Origin: Octopus sinensis
Lineage: Eukaryota
DNA: 64,000 nucleotides
NCBI RefSeq assembly: GCF_006345805.1
Contig: NC_043000.1
Coordinates: forward strand, 16,740,001 to 16,804,000
Reading direction: 5' to 3'
Part shown: positions 38,854 through 52,595 of the stretch, piece after piece
How the letters are laid out: every line of letters begins with the position of its first letter
Position numbering within the stretch: position 1 is the stretch's first letter
Made by a program: the position numbers and the translations under genes
Notes under the pieces: generated by a model
Database searches by the model: none
What the model saw: only the letters and a program-made list of their open reading frames with translations
Told to the model about the DNA's origin: nothing

Positions 38854-38886
<33 letters not shown>

Positions 38887-40127
38887 CATACATTCTTGTC
38901 TATGATTGGATTGTGGTCATGCTGGAGTACCACCTTCCAGGGAATAATCATTTACATCCATTGCATTGAATCCAGTACTTGTAGACTGACATTCATTTCT
39001 ATTGACCATGGGAGGCTGAATGTACAAAACAGAACTGGGTAGGATTTGCAGCGGGAATGGAAAGTCATAGCATATGACAATGTAGTTTGTTCAACACTTC
39101 ACTGATTGTGTAACCCACAACTCATAATTCTGAAACATTACAGCTATGTGTATACACACACACACACACACACACATTTTAAGGGTTAGTTTTTAAAGTA
39201 GATTCATCTATTTTCATGTAAAATGCCAAAATGAAGGCATTTAGAATACAAGAAACTATTTCAAAATATATGGTGCTTCCAAGTGCCCCAGCATGGCCAC
39301 AGCTCGTGAGCTGAAACTAGAATCAATCAATCAATCAATACACTCATATATGTATATAAATATGCACACACACTGTGTATGCTTGTATGGGTACATAAAC
39401 ATGTAAATTAAAAAATATATACATCCTCTGTGTGCATATATATAGATACATCTACCTCAATAAATTCTACAAAACTTGCCTGAGCAGTTTGGTTTTCTGT
39501 ACTTTCCATAGAAGATCCTGGAACGCTTTGCTAGTATGATCCAGAGGAAAGCATAGCATGTAATAAAACTAACATTATGAACAGTTCCGTTGGTCTGAAA
39601 GGAGTGCTAAATAGTGACACATTCTAAAATTACTATGATAAAACCTGAACTTTACACCAACAATCTGAGTCCTTATCTACCATAGTAAGCATTTGCTTTC
39701 CAAACCACACTAATTTTAAGCTGAATTCTTATCAATATAATCTTATCAAGCTGTTCCTATCATCAACTCTCTTCACCTATGTCTAAGGGTGCCTGGAAAA
39801 GCTTTGAGCACATTTCTTCCTGCTCTGGTATGCACACATGTTAAACAGTATGTTGTGCTTATCTCATCAAAAGTATCCATCTCTGTTCCACACTAAGGGA
39901 AAGCATAGAAAGCATGATTTCAGTCATTGGACTGTAGTTATGTTGAGTTTTAACACTAAATGTGGTTGGCTTCAGGTCAGCTCTGATGGAACAGCCATGT
40001 GATCAAAGATGTTCTAGACATGACTATCTCATCATTTATGAAACACAGTCCATAGATACTACATTCTCTAATGTGTTTTTCTGCAGAAAGAAGGGTGTGA
40101 TTTGATGTAAATTTGGCTGCTATTTCT

Positions 40128-40362
40128 TATTTCTTTACTGCCCACAAGGGGCCACAGATAGAGGGGACAAACAAGGACAGACAAACGGATTAAGTCGATT
40201 ATATCGACCCCAGTACGTAACTGGTACTTATTTAATTGATCCCGAAAGGAGGAAAGGCAAAGTCGACCTCGGCGGAATTTGAACTCAGAATGTAGCGGCA
40301 GACGAAGTACCACTAAGCATTTCGCCCAGCATGCTAACATTTCTGCCAGCTTGGCGCCTTAT
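40128..40362 (-). mobile_element. Family A SINE with 16-bp TSD
   Basis: tttggctgctatttct at 40112-40127 and 40363-40378. Confidence 0.85.
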
Positions 40363-40699
40363 TTTGGCTGCTATTTCTAGCAGTTTGAGCAGCCATGTAT
40401 AGACAATTTAGTTCAGTAGATCTATGTCACTCCTGACTGAGTAAACTTAGTATCAAAGGCAATCAATCTGTGGCCATTCCTTCTTTATAAGATTATGTAC
40501 CAATACATCATCTAATGTTCTGTTGTGTCTGGGGAGAGTCATTCTCTTTTGGTGCCTTATAATGTGCTTTTCCCTTTTTTTTAAATAGTCAGGCATGATT
40601 TCAGAGAGATTTGACAACTATTTCTAGCAGATGGACTCACAGTATAGAGACCTTCTCATTGATTAACCAAATGATAAATCACTGATTAGTTAGCTGGTT

Positions 40700-40862
40700 T
40701 AATAATAGCTAGTTAATAATAACCAGTTAATAATAGCTAGTTAATAATAACCAGTTAATAGCTAGTTAATAATAACCAGTTAATAATAGCTAGTTAATAA
40801 TAATCAGTTAATAATAGCTAGTTAATAATAACCAGTTAATAATAGCTAGTTAATAATAGTTG
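40700..40862. repeat. Minisatellite, about 28-bp unit (taataatagctagttaataataaccagt), about 6 copies
   Basis: Alternating 14-bp subunits. Confidence 0.9.
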
Positions 40863-41073
40863 GTTAATAAAGATGTAAAATTGAACCAGTATGTATATGT
40901 TTTTTTCGCTTGCCATTTACTTATTTCATGTTAGTTTTTTTGATGCTCCGTGTAAGAACTTAACGGGGCCATGTGGCTAGCTTGACTGACTGAGAGTTTC
41001 AACTGAAGAGATAACAATAAGGGACTACAGCACTGATCAAGCATGCAGAAAGTGCGAGTGCCAGGGCAATTAC

Positions 41074-41138
41074 CTTGTCAAAAGAGAGATCAAGGGGTGA
41101 AGTAATGTCACCCTTTTCAATGGAGATGGTATCTTCAC
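41074..41138 (-). CDS. Ank2: Ankyrin linker exon C (GEDTISIEKGDITSPLDLSFDK), 65 nt, phase 1 to 0
   Basis: Acceptor tttctcttgtctcgttttgcag|GT and donor AAG|GTAATT. Continues SEDE-G-EDT, like the vertebrate EEGDDT/GEDA junction. Confidence 0.85.
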
Positions 41139-41300
41139 CTGCAAAACGAGACAAGAGAAATACATTTAGGGGAAAATAGACTTGATATTGCATTTGTTCT
41201 TCCTTAAAAAAAAAAAAAAAATGAAAAATGAAGACATGATTAGTAACAATATAACAGAGACTGCAGCATTATTCTGTAGAAATCAAGGAGAGCATATGTG

Positions 41301-41342
<42 letters not shown>

Positions 41343-41626
41343 GAGAGTGAGATTATAAATTGATTGCGATGATTTTCATGTGTGTTAAAAATATTAAATA
41401 TTTAATGATAGGTTTGTTGTAATCAATTCATCCGTGAACAAAAAAAAAAAAAGAAAAAACATAATAAAATAACAAACCTGCTGAGTGGAATTTCATAAAA
41501 GTTCCACTGGTCCATATTAGTGTTGGTGTATTTTGCTTACCCGGGCAAATTATATTTTAACCATCAAAATAAGTTTCCCTAACAAATTTAAAATTTTTCA
41601 CTCTTGAATTGGTGTTTACAAAATCT

Positions 41627-41941
41627 TATCTCACAAGTATGTGCACCCCTAAAAAATTTCTGTAAAATTGCAATTACTCTGATAATATCAAAGGAAATCA
41701 AATAAAATTTATACTGAATAAAATATATTATACATGCAAATATTATACAAATTTGTAACATAAGACAATAAACATTTTCAAAAAAATGAACAAAATATCA
41801 ATTTTCAAACGCTACAAAAGTATGTATCATGTATAATATATTTTATCCAGTATAAATTTTTTTGATTTCCTTCAATATTATCAGAGTAATAGCAATTTTA
41901 CTGAAATTTTTTAGGGGTGTACATACTTCTGTGAGATACTG
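41627..41941. mobile_element. Tc1-like MITE with about 110-bp inverted arms
   Basis: tatctcacaagtatgtgcacccctaaaaaattt... versus ...ttttttaggggtgtacatacttctgtgagatactg. Confidence 0.75.
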
Positions 41942-41993
41942 CATACATGCATACACACATATATATATATTACACACACACACAGTTTTTATA

Positions 41994-42031
<38 letters not shown>

Positions 42032-42040
42032 TATATATAT

Positions 42041-42397
42041 CAAACCTGGGCATCAAATCGTTAATTAACGATTTAAATTACAAGTTAACTTTAGAAATCA
42101 TTATCGGACTAATTTAACTTCTGTTAACTCAAGTCAATTTCAGTTAACTTCTGTTAGCTTCAATTTAATTGAAGTAAATGGATTTTAAAGTTTTGGCACT
42201 TTTAAAAGGCGTTTTTAGGTGATTTTAGAGCAAAAACCGATGTTTTTTTTTTGTAATAAAAATTCATGTTAATGGTTTATCGATAACTTCCGTTGCATTT
42301 TTAAAGAATTAACTGATTGACGGTTATTGAAGTTAACTTTTTGGTTAATGGATTAACGATTAATAAAGTTAACTTCTTGATTAATGGTGCCCACCTT

Positions 42398-42399
<2 letters not shown>
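42041..42399. mobile_element. Non-autonomous DNA element, hAT-like TIRs, within a (TA)n tract
   Basis: Ends caaacctgggcatc / ggtgcccacctttg; internal ttaac-rich subterminal repeats. Confidence 0.5.
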
Positions 42400-42447
<48 letters not shown>

Positions 42448-42663
42448 GTATATATGTATATATATATATATTTTAAAAACTTAGTGATTTTATATACATA
42501 TGTATATAAATAAAACTTAGTGTTTTTATACACATAAAAACAATGAATAATGAAGGAATGAAGGACTCAATATAAGTGTAGAGTCTTACATGTAATATTA
42601 TATAGAGTAACTTTCAAATTTTGCCTTTGTCAAGTCTATCTTGACTTATTCAAATTTTATGTG

Positions 42664-42715
<52 letters not shown>

Positions 42716-44779
42716 CCGGTTTACCATACATATGACAAGAATGTGTGAACATATGTGTATGAGAATGATTTCCAATTGTCTTTTGGTTTGGATATGCTTT
42801 GAATAAACCATTTAGATTTTTAGAGATATCTACTTTAGCTATTTCAGATTTTGGAGATTTCGAATATTGAGATTTCCATTTATAAACTAAAGACAGAGGT
42901 TATTGCAATATAGAATTTAAATGATCAATCTTGAACAACTAACTACAATTCTCTCATTAATTAAGGTATACGTCTAATTACTAATGTCAGCTAATCCACT
43001 TTATATTTTCATGTTAGTTTGTTTCTTTAATTGTTTTGGGCTTTTCCAAATCAAATAATGTTTTGTCATATGCATTTGACAGGTCTACAAATTTAGACTT
43101 TTGAAATCATTTATAATGCAGGTTGTTGCAGTTGCTTTTTAACCCCAGGTCAGTTTAGGTGAAACAGATCTATCCTGAAAGGGATTTCTGTGATGATTTA
43201 TTATCTCTTGTCTTTTCAGACATAGTTTATCTAAAACTACCTTATTCAATATATTTTAAAACTTTTTTTTGTAAGATGACAGGGTGTGACATGAACGAGA
43301 ACTGACTGTCATTTCTAGCATGCTGAATGATCACAGAGCCTTCTTTAAGTGTAGGTTCATTTTACAGTTGGATCACCTTTCTGCTTAACTAATCAGACAA
43401 CTTTGAAGTGAAACAAGAAACTTACAGAACATGCTTCTTATTCAGATCATCACAGCAAGCCTTGTTTACAGGAGGCCTTGCTTGTTGTATTCTAGCCTCC
43501 TCTAAACCAAAATAAACCACAGGATGCTTTTGTGCGGTTAGCTGCACTGAACTTGAACATGAGTAAAAGATTATGAGAAGTAGGAGGAAGAAACTGTGAT
43601 GAAGAAACTATTTTCCTTTGCTCATTAAGGAAAGTAGAGTTACAAACAAGATTTTTTAAAAATCATGATCTTATATTATTTGTTGAATATCTCAACAACC
43701 AGGCAGCCATTCCAATTCAAATATCAGCATCATCATCAGTAGTCCTTTCTCTTTAACTGTTCCACATTTATGATACTAATGGTTTGGATAAGTGATTAAG
43801 ATTATATAAGAACAGGCCAATAAATGGACAGGAATCTAATATACAATCACAATATTAGTTGTCTTGGATGATCTACCAAGAGGTTTGCTGTTTGGTTGAT
43901 GCAATATTGGAAATGTACCAAATTCTTCAAGTCCCATAGCCAATAAGTTGGTCTTATATATGTCTAAGTGTTAGGACAGAAACATTTCCGTAAAGTACTA
44001 GGGAACACAAATGGTACAAAATGAAACAGAATACATATATATCATCTTGCAATAAAAACAGTCTCTGAGCTGTAACTATAGAAACACCACAACATAACCA
44101 GAGAGGCTGGATCTTCAGTTTCCCTTATGCCACATTTAATGGAATGTTAATGCAAAAAACTCAACTGTCTCAACCAGAAACAATGGTATGAGGAATTAGT
44201 GAAATGGCTCATATGAAGGGAGTTGAAACTGCATCACAAACACAGTTTTCATAAAATGCACCGTTGCACTGAGTACTAAGCAGATACTCAGTTATATACT
44301 TAAAGATGAGAGTAAACAAGTTCAGCTAAGCTTGGTCAACTTTGTCAAACAATATTTATTCTAAACATAAAGATCGATATCTGTAGCTATGGAAACACAA
44401 GAGTACAGGACACTAGCTATGTGAGAGGTGATGGTGGCTTCAATCTGGACTGATAACTAGACTGTAGAGGTTGCACTCATATTCTACTTCTCTCTGTCTC
44501 TGATCATCTTAAACCATATACAGCAGATATTCAATAATGAAAGTGAAACTTGTTAGATAATCCAGTTGCATGAGAATAAATGTGCCTGTGAAAGTCACAC
44601 AACATATGTATGTATATTTAACCTATGCCTGTATATCATTCATACGTTATACCACAGAGTTACAGAAATAACATAACCTTCTTGAAATAAAGGGATTAAC
44701 AAAAAAAAAATATATAGCAAGCCAGCTAAAATAGCCATTACTATTTCAACTACTACTATTACTACTATTGGTGCCAGAG

Positions 44780-45420
44780 GTTGGCAGAATCATCTTTACG
44801 TTCTGAGTTCAATTCCTGCTGAGGCCAGTTTTAGCTTTCATCTCTTTGAGATCAATAAAATAAAGTACAAGTACTAGTGTCATTTTAATCAACTTAGCAC
44901 CATCTCAAAGATTTTGGGTCTTGTGCCAATGCTAAAAACAACCACCAGTACCACTACTAGGGTGGTGGATTAGTAGACTTGTTAGACTGTCAAAGAAAAT
45001 GCTTTGCGAGCTGGCAGAAATGTTAACATGTCAGGCGAAATGCTTAGCGGTATTTCGCCTGCCACTATGTTCTGAGTTCAAATTCCACCGAGGTCGACTT
45101 TGCCTTTCATCCTTCTGGGATCGATTAAATAAGTACCAGTTACGCATTGGAGTTGATATAATCGACTTAATCTGTTTGTCTGTCCTTGTCTGTCCCCTCT
45201 GTGTGTAGCCCCTTGTGGGCAGTAAAGAAATAAGAAAATGCCTTTTCAGTACTTGTTCCAGCTCTTTACATTCTGAGTTGAGTTTCCACTGAGGTCGACT
45301 TTGCCTTTTATCCCTCCAGTGGGGTCGATAAAGTAATATTCCGTTCTAGAACTGGGATTCATTTAACTGACTAAACCTACTACACCTGAAAACCGATGGC
45401 TCTTAGTCCAAATTAGAAAC
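44780..45420 (+). mobile_element. Family A SINE cluster (best copy about 45008-45236)
   Basis: gcgagctggcagaaatgttaac...gaggtcgactttgcctttcatcc...gtgggcagtaaagaaata. Confidence 0.8.
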
Positions 45421-46697
45421 TACTACTACTACTACTACTACCACTGGCACCACCACCACCAAAACCTTTTCATTAGCACTAGGTTTCATGAGTATCCATG
45501 AAACTTGTTTATACAGAATAAAACATCTTAGACATATGACACTGTAACTGATCCTGTTTCCAAAAGTCCTACATGCCTGACAATATATTTTGTTACTTTT
45601 TATATATTTTGTTACTTTTTCTTTTGTTTTCTTTCTAACCTACAACTCTAAAATTGCCAAACTCTGAAATAGGTTTATGAAATTAAATCAAATTAAAAAG
45701 TATGATAACAAATAAATTGAAATCAGAATTAAAAAAAACCAAAAAAACCAACCAAAAGAACAAACCAGAAATTGAATGAAATGATGGCAATGGATCTGTA
45801 TGAATGATGACGATGATGGTGATAATTATATTGATGATGATGATGATTTATGGATAACGGATAATGCAAAGCAAACCAAGCAAAAATAATTCGATGTTGC
45901 TGTGTGTGAAACGATGCTGTTTTGGCTGAAAAAAATCGGAATGCAGGAGGGCTGAGGAATAACAATGGTAAAGAGCTGGAAGAGGAGAGGATAAAACGGT
46001 GGAGACAGTCATCATATCTACTCCATTCTCTTTCTTTCTTTCACTCTTTGGCATGCACTACTTGCTACCACTATCATACTGTCACCTCACAACAACTACT
46101 ACTACCTATACTTTAATAAAATAGCGTCTATTAGAGATGCAAATTACCTACTATCACTACCACCAACTGACTCTTTTCATTTTACCTAAGCCACCCTCAC
46201 TGTTGCTCAACTCTTTCACCACAGAAATCAAATATATCCACTTAAAATTTCATTAGTCAACTGCAAAAAGCAGTTTTATTTACCAATCTACCTTTTGTTG
46301 AGGAATGTCATGTTTGAAACTATTTTTTTGGCTCACAGAAAATACCAATTCTATTTTTTTGGAAATAGGTGCAGGTGTGGCAGTATGGTAAAAAGCTTGT
46401 TTCCTAACCACATGGTTGCGGGTTCAGCCTCATTGAGTGGCACCTTGAGCAAGTGTCTTCTATTATAGTCTCGGGCCAACCAAAGCCTTGTAAGTGGATT
46501 TGGTAGACGGAAACTTAATGAAGCCCATCGTATATATATCATCATCATTGGAGTGGTTGGTGTTAGGAAGGGCATCCAGCTGTAGAAACTCTGCCAGATC
46601 AGATTGGAGTCTGGTGCAGCCATCTGATTCGCCAGACCTCAAGTCAAATCGGCCAACCCATGCTAGCATGGAAAGCGGACGTTAAACGATGATGATG

Positions 46698-46730
<33 letters not shown>

Positions 46731-46737
46731 TATATAT

Positions 46738-46785
<48 letters not shown>

Positions 46786-46788
<3 letters not shown>

Positions 46789-47671
46789 GGTGTGGTGAAT
46801 AAACTGTTGTCTAAATTATGCAAAAATGAAAATAACACTGACATTTAATTTTAACATATTTTTACCAAAATTGCATAAAAATATCTTGAAATACTAAAGA
46901 GTAAATTTATTCAATAAAATTGCCATTAGCTTCAACCATGGCTTCCAGACGACTTCAGAATCTCCTGCAACTCTTCTGGGCAGTCTCCTTGTTTAAGTTG
47001 GTGAATGTGACCATAATCCTTGCCTTCCGTTCATCTTTGGTGTTACAAGGAGTTTTGTTGGTATCTTGCTCAACTGCACCCCACACATAATAATCAAGGG
47101 GGTTGCAGTCTGGGGAGTTAGGTGGTCAGATGTTAGGGGTGATGTGATTGCAGAAATTGTCTGACAGCCATGACTGGGTTTTCTGCTAATGTGGCATGGT
47201 GCAGAGTCCTGTTGCCAAACATAGGTTCTTCCAGCAGCCACCCTCTTAACCTAGGGCAGCATTACCTCCACCAGGCAGTTGATGTAGACCTCTGTGTTGA
47301 GTCTGAGGCCATGTGGGAAGGTGAATGGAGGCATAACATTGCCATCACTAGTGATCACTTCAAACACCATGATGTTGACTAGATGTTTGATTTTTATTAC
47401 TCTCAGTACATGTCTTCAGACTGCACTGTCCTCAGATTGACACCCAAACACTCTGAAATGTTCGTATTGGAGCTTCTGGCACAAATGCCAGGTAGTACTG
47501 CATGTCGTTTTAAAATTTCTGGTGGAGCGAATTGCAGCATTGTGTTGTTTTCCTCACAGACGGTGCCCAACTGACCCTACTATACTGTGTAGTCAACAAA
47601 ATAAAAAACAAACAATGCGCATGCGCGAAATTAAAAGTATCAAATGGTAACAATTTACTCATCACATCCTG
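46786..47671 (-). mobile_element. Internally deleted Tc1/mariner (DD37D, maT-like) element; a terminal fragment of the same family at 9194-9385
   Basis: TA-flanked TIRs cagggtgtggtgaataaactgttg / caggatgtgatgagtaaattgtta; decayed transposase WQQDSAPCH...PPNSPDCNPLDYYVWG with stops and a frameshift. Confidence 0.88.
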
Positions 47672-48541
47672 TATATATGTATATATTTGTGTGTGTTTGT
47701 CCACTCATCACCGCTTGACAACTGGTGTTCGTGTGTTTATGTCCCTACAACTTAGTGGTTCAGTAAAAGAGACTGATATAATAAGTACTAGGCTTAAGAA
47801 AGTAGACCTGGGGTTGATTTGTTCGACTAAAACCATTCAAGGTGGTGCTCCAGCATGGCCACAGTCAAAAATGACTGAAATAAGTAAAATAATATTTAAT
47901 ATCATTACTGGAATAACCACGAAGTTTAATTTTGAGGTTAAGGGTTAATATGTGTATCTATCAGCTAATAAAACTTCTATGTGGTTACTTGAACTACTAG
48001 TATAGCAACCAAATCTCCTCACCATCTTGAATAAAGACTACATTGAATAGGTTGTCCTGGATATACATACAAAAAAGACATATTGGTCAATGATGAAGCA
48101 GACCTTTGGTTATAGGCCTACTCAATGAAAGCTGACCTGGGGCTAAACAACAACAGTGAAAAACAGATGGCCAAGTTTGATAAAGAATCAAACATCAAAC
48201 CAAAAGATATTAGCTTAGTCCATCTACCTGTAAGTAGGTACCACAGCATGGTGTAGTGCACTATACTGAGTTCATGACCAAGATACTTAACTGTCAATGG
48301 CTCAGTCTACATAGCTGTAAGCAGGTGCCACAATGTGATTATAATTTACTGAATTTAGTCCGTGACTTAAATCTCAACAGCCCAATGGTCTACCGAGCTA
48401 TAATTAGGTACTATAATGTGTTATAGTTAGTTCAAGACCTTTAACACTCAACAGCCTAGTTTACCTGGTTGTAAATAAGTGCTATGGGTATAAAAAGTAC
48501 TGGACACAGTGGTAGCATTGTGAAACAGACAGGTGATTAGC

Positions 48542-49009
48542 GAGCTGGCAGAAGCGTTAGCACGCTGGGCGAAATGCTTTTCCGTATTTCGTCTGTCGGT
48601 GACGAGCTGGCAGAAACGTTAGCACGCCGGGCAAAATGCGTAGCCGTATTTCGTCTGCTGTTACGTTCTGAGTTCAAATTCCGCCGAGGTCGACTTTGCC
48701 TTTCATCCTTTTGGGGTTGATAAATTAAGCACCAGTTACGCACTGGGGTCGATGTAATCGAATTAATCCGTTTGTCTGTCCTTGTTTGTACCCTGTGTTT
48801 AGCTCCTTGTGGGTAGTAAAGAAATAGGTATTTCGTCTGTCGTTACGTTTTGAGTTCAAATTCTGCCGAGGTCGACTTTGCCTTTCATCCTTTCGGGGTC
48901 GATAAATTAAGTACCAGTTACGCACTGGGGTTGTTGTAATCGACTTAATACCTATGTCTGTCCTTGTTTGTCCCCTCTGTGTTTAGCCCCTTGTGGGTAA
49001 TAAAGAAAT
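48542..49009 (+). mobile_element. Tandem family A SINE unit (extra head plus two bodies) with 11-bp TSD
   Basis: aggtgattagc at 48531-48541 and 49010-49020 flanks the whole multimer. Confidence 0.8.
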
Positions 49010-50957
49010 AGGTGATTAGCTAATTTGTAAGGCTATGTTCAGATCTTGTAGCCATGAATAGAAAGTCTGTTGGATCTCACTGGTACCGTCTATATGTCTA
49101 AAAATTACCATGACAATAAACGATCATGGTTTCTAGATTCCCAATCTCGGTGTTATAAGGCACTTTGCTAATAATTTCATTTTCCCATCTGTTTAAGCCT
49201 CCCTTCTCACCAATCCCGAGAAAACCTTTACATGGTTGCTCTATGTTCTAGAAATAGCCACCATCTCCTTTGCAAATTCCCCTTTTAATACAAAGAAGGA
49301 TGGACACATTGAATAATGTAGTCCTAGATATACCATACCTGGATAAAAGACAGGGTGATCATGGTTGAAATGGCTCATCGTATTTCTGCTGGTTCAAGAT
49401 TGACCTTGGGTCAATCAACATCACAATCAACTATACATCATATTATGTGTGTGTGTGTTATACACCCACACTTGAAACCACTCTGCAGTAACTTGATCAG
49501 CTAAAAATAGTTAAGTTTTCCTAATATCATACCCCATCAAGGAAGGATGATACAGGACACACCATTCCTGAAAGCCAGACAACATGGTCACAGCTGGAAA
49601 ATACTTGACCCCAAGTCTGCTGCATCACGGCTAACCCTGGGACTATACAACAACTTCTGCCAACCCTTACATCACAACAGAGCTAGCTATCCGCCCCTCT
49701 AATTGAACTACCAAATCATTTCCAAATTCATATATTCATATATCGCGGAGTGGTTGGCGTTAGGAAGGGCATCCAGCTGTAGAAACACTGCCAGATCAGA
49801 CTGGAGCCTGGTGCAGCCCCTGGCTTCCCAGACCCCGGTCGAACCGTCCAACCCGTGCTAGCGCGGGAAACGGATGTTAAACGATGATGATGATGATACC
49901 CATCCAGCATCTGCCTATCCCGTTATCTCGCTTTGCGTTTCATCAAGGCTCCCTATATCATCTGCACAATTCATATATATATAGATATATATATATCTTT
50001 CTCACACACTCAGTAGTTAGTGCATTCTCAGCAATCTGAACAACAATAACAACAACAATAATAATATAAAGCTTGCTGGACAGAAGGCCATGGCTGGCTG
50101 ATAGGAAGCAGTGTAGGGGTAATTATAAACCAGTGGAAAAGATGTTAGACATTCTCGCTATTCCACTGTCGTGGAAGAGGGGGGGATACACACATGTCTT
50201 CTACCATGCGGCTTTGTCATGACCATTCATCTTTTCATCTCCTTAAGGTTGTCCGAGTCTGGTGATAATGAAAAGGATGAAGATGGCGATGACAAAGGTG
50301 AAAGAAAGAAAAAAGTATGCTGAAAAGCTTTTTCCAAGCACATTTACACAGAAGGAAAGAAAAAAAGAGAAAGAAACAGATAGAGAGGAAGAGAGAGATT
50401 AAAAAGCAGGATTCACTTATTTTGATCATTTCGCCAGAAAATACCATTCCCTTGTTTATTTTCATTTTATTTTATTTTATTTTAATTTAATTTTATTTTT
50501 TCCTCCAAGAGATCATGGTAAAAAAAAAAAAAAAAAAAAAATCGACTTGACAAAACCGAAATAAAAAAATGAAAATAAAAAAAATAATAATTAAATAACT
50601 AAACAGAACAACAAATAAACATATCAGGGTGAGGGTGAGGGTGAGGATAGGGGTAAGGTCAGAGAATGGAGAATTGAAAAATGCTAAAAGAAAATAAAAA
50701 GGAAAAAAAAACATGATTGAAACATTCTCGAATGATGATGGAAAGAGAATGAGAAAAAATAATTTGATGCTGGAGTGAGGAAGGAAAGAAAGTTTTGATT
50801 GAAACGATTTCATTCCTGGTGTGCAACCAACTGTGCAATACCAGTGCAGAACCAGTGCACGGAACTGGTGTCAAAGAACAGCAACAGGATGGCAGGCGCA
50901 AGACTGGGTCATGCCAATAACACTCTTCGGTGATGCTTATTTGATACTTTGCAGATT

Positions 50958-51290
50958 GTGTGTGTGTGTGTGTGTGTGTGTGAAAGCGAGAGAGAGGAGA
51001 AAGAGAAAGGAGGAGAGAGAGAGAGCTGTGTTTGTTGTATGTGTTACATGTGTGTGTGTATGTGTGTGTGTGTGAGTGAAAGCAAGAGAGAAGAGAAAGA
51101 GGAAGGAGAAGGAGAAGGAGAGAGAGAGAGAGAGAGAGAGAGCTGTGTTTGTTGTATGTGTTACATGTGTGTGTGTGTGTTGTGTGTGTGAGTGAAAGCA
51201 AGAGAGAAGAGAAAGAGGAAGGAGAAGGAGAGAGAGAGAGAGCTGTGTTTGTTGTATGTGTTACATGTGTGTGTGTGTGTGTGTGTATGT
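50958..51290. repeat. Compound (GT)n/(GA)n microsatellite block repeated three times
   Basis: gtgaaagc(a/g)agagag...gagagctgtgtttgttgtatgtgttacatgtgtg occurs three times. Confidence 0.85.
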
Positions 51291-51942
51291 TTATGTGCTT
51301 TATGAGTGTGTTGTGTACGTGTACTTTATGTAAGTGCTGCATTTGTGTGTGATGCGTGTGAGTGTGTTGTGTGTGAGCTCCATGTATGTGATGCATGTAT
51401 AATGTACAATATTTTGTGTACTTTATGCATGTGCCATGTGTGTGTTTTGTGTGTGTGAGTATGAATGTATTGTGAATATTTAGTGTGTGTGTGTGTGTGT
51501 GTGTGTTTTGTATGGGCTGTATGTGATTTCATGAATGTGTTTTGAATACCTCCAGAGTTTTATCAAAAGAAATGGTTCAGAAAAAAAAAAAGAGTAAAAA
51601 ATAATACAAACAAAAAAAACAAACATGACCCCCTTCCCAACATCATATGAGCAAAAAAAGATAAATAAGAATAAATGAACTCCCTAACTCTAGAGATCAG
51701 AGAATTTCTGTAAAATCAGAAAATATCACAGCTTTGATGTAGAACAGTAGATAGATGTGAACTCTTAAAAAATAATGGTTTCTAGTCCCCAGGGAATGTC
51801 TTCAAAATAAAAGTCAGGAAGATTTGTGAAAAATAATTGATCTACAATATTGGTAGGATATATATCAATTTGGAAAAAAGTCCCTAAAAAACAAAACAAA
51901 ACAAAAAAAAAAAAAACATTCTTTCTCCCCAGAATGAATAAC

Positions 51943-52162
51943 TGGCAGAAACGTTAGCACGCCGGGCGAAATGCGTAGCCGTATTTCGTCTGCCGTTACG
52001 TTCTGAGTTCAAATTCCGCCGAGGTCGACTTTGCCTTTCATCCTCTCGGGGTCGATAAATAAAGTATCAGTTTCGCACTGGGTCGATGTAATCGACTTAA
52101 TCCCTTTGTCTGCCCTTGTTTGTCCCCTCTATGTTTAGCCCCTTGAGGGCAGTAAAGAAATA
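51943..52162 (+). mobile_element. Family A SINE, low divergence
   Basis: Many CpGs retained; complete core and tail. Confidence 0.85.
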
Positions 52163-52595
52163 TATATTAGACTATTGTGCTTGTGTGTGTGTGTGTGTGT
52201 GCATCCCTATCATTTAATGTAGGGCTTCCTTGCTACCATGGGCTGGATGGGCTGATAGGGTTCAATGTACCAGAGGACTGAATTGACCCCCAGTGTCTGT
52301 TCTGGCATGGTTTTTATGGATGGATGCCCTTTCTAATGCCAACCACTTCACAGAGGGTACAGGGTGCTTGCTTTGTGGTGCTGGCACTAGTGAGATTGTT
52401 AAGTATCTTGCAAGACAAAGAAAAGACCCTTGATCGAATGAGATGACTTGATGGTGAGAGGTTGAATTATGAGAGATGGACAGGCACAAGTTTCTTGCCA
52501 TACAGGAAATACATGGCTATTCCATGGAGATATGTGGCTATTCTGTGTACGCATGTGTATGCAATAATAATAGTGTAATTCTAATCTTAGGTCAT

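Noticed and set aside
43424-43503. Exon-like EEARIQQARPPVNKACCDDLNKKHV with CT|GTAAGT donor
   Set aside because: Phase 1 to 2 is incompatible with exons C and D; no other support.
50659-51396. 245-aa His/Thr/Leu-rich ORF, the longest in the window
   Set aside because: Mostly (CA)n/(CT)n repeats. The unique part (YQISITEECYWHDP...) has only a weak AAG acceptor and is not in the required phase 1.
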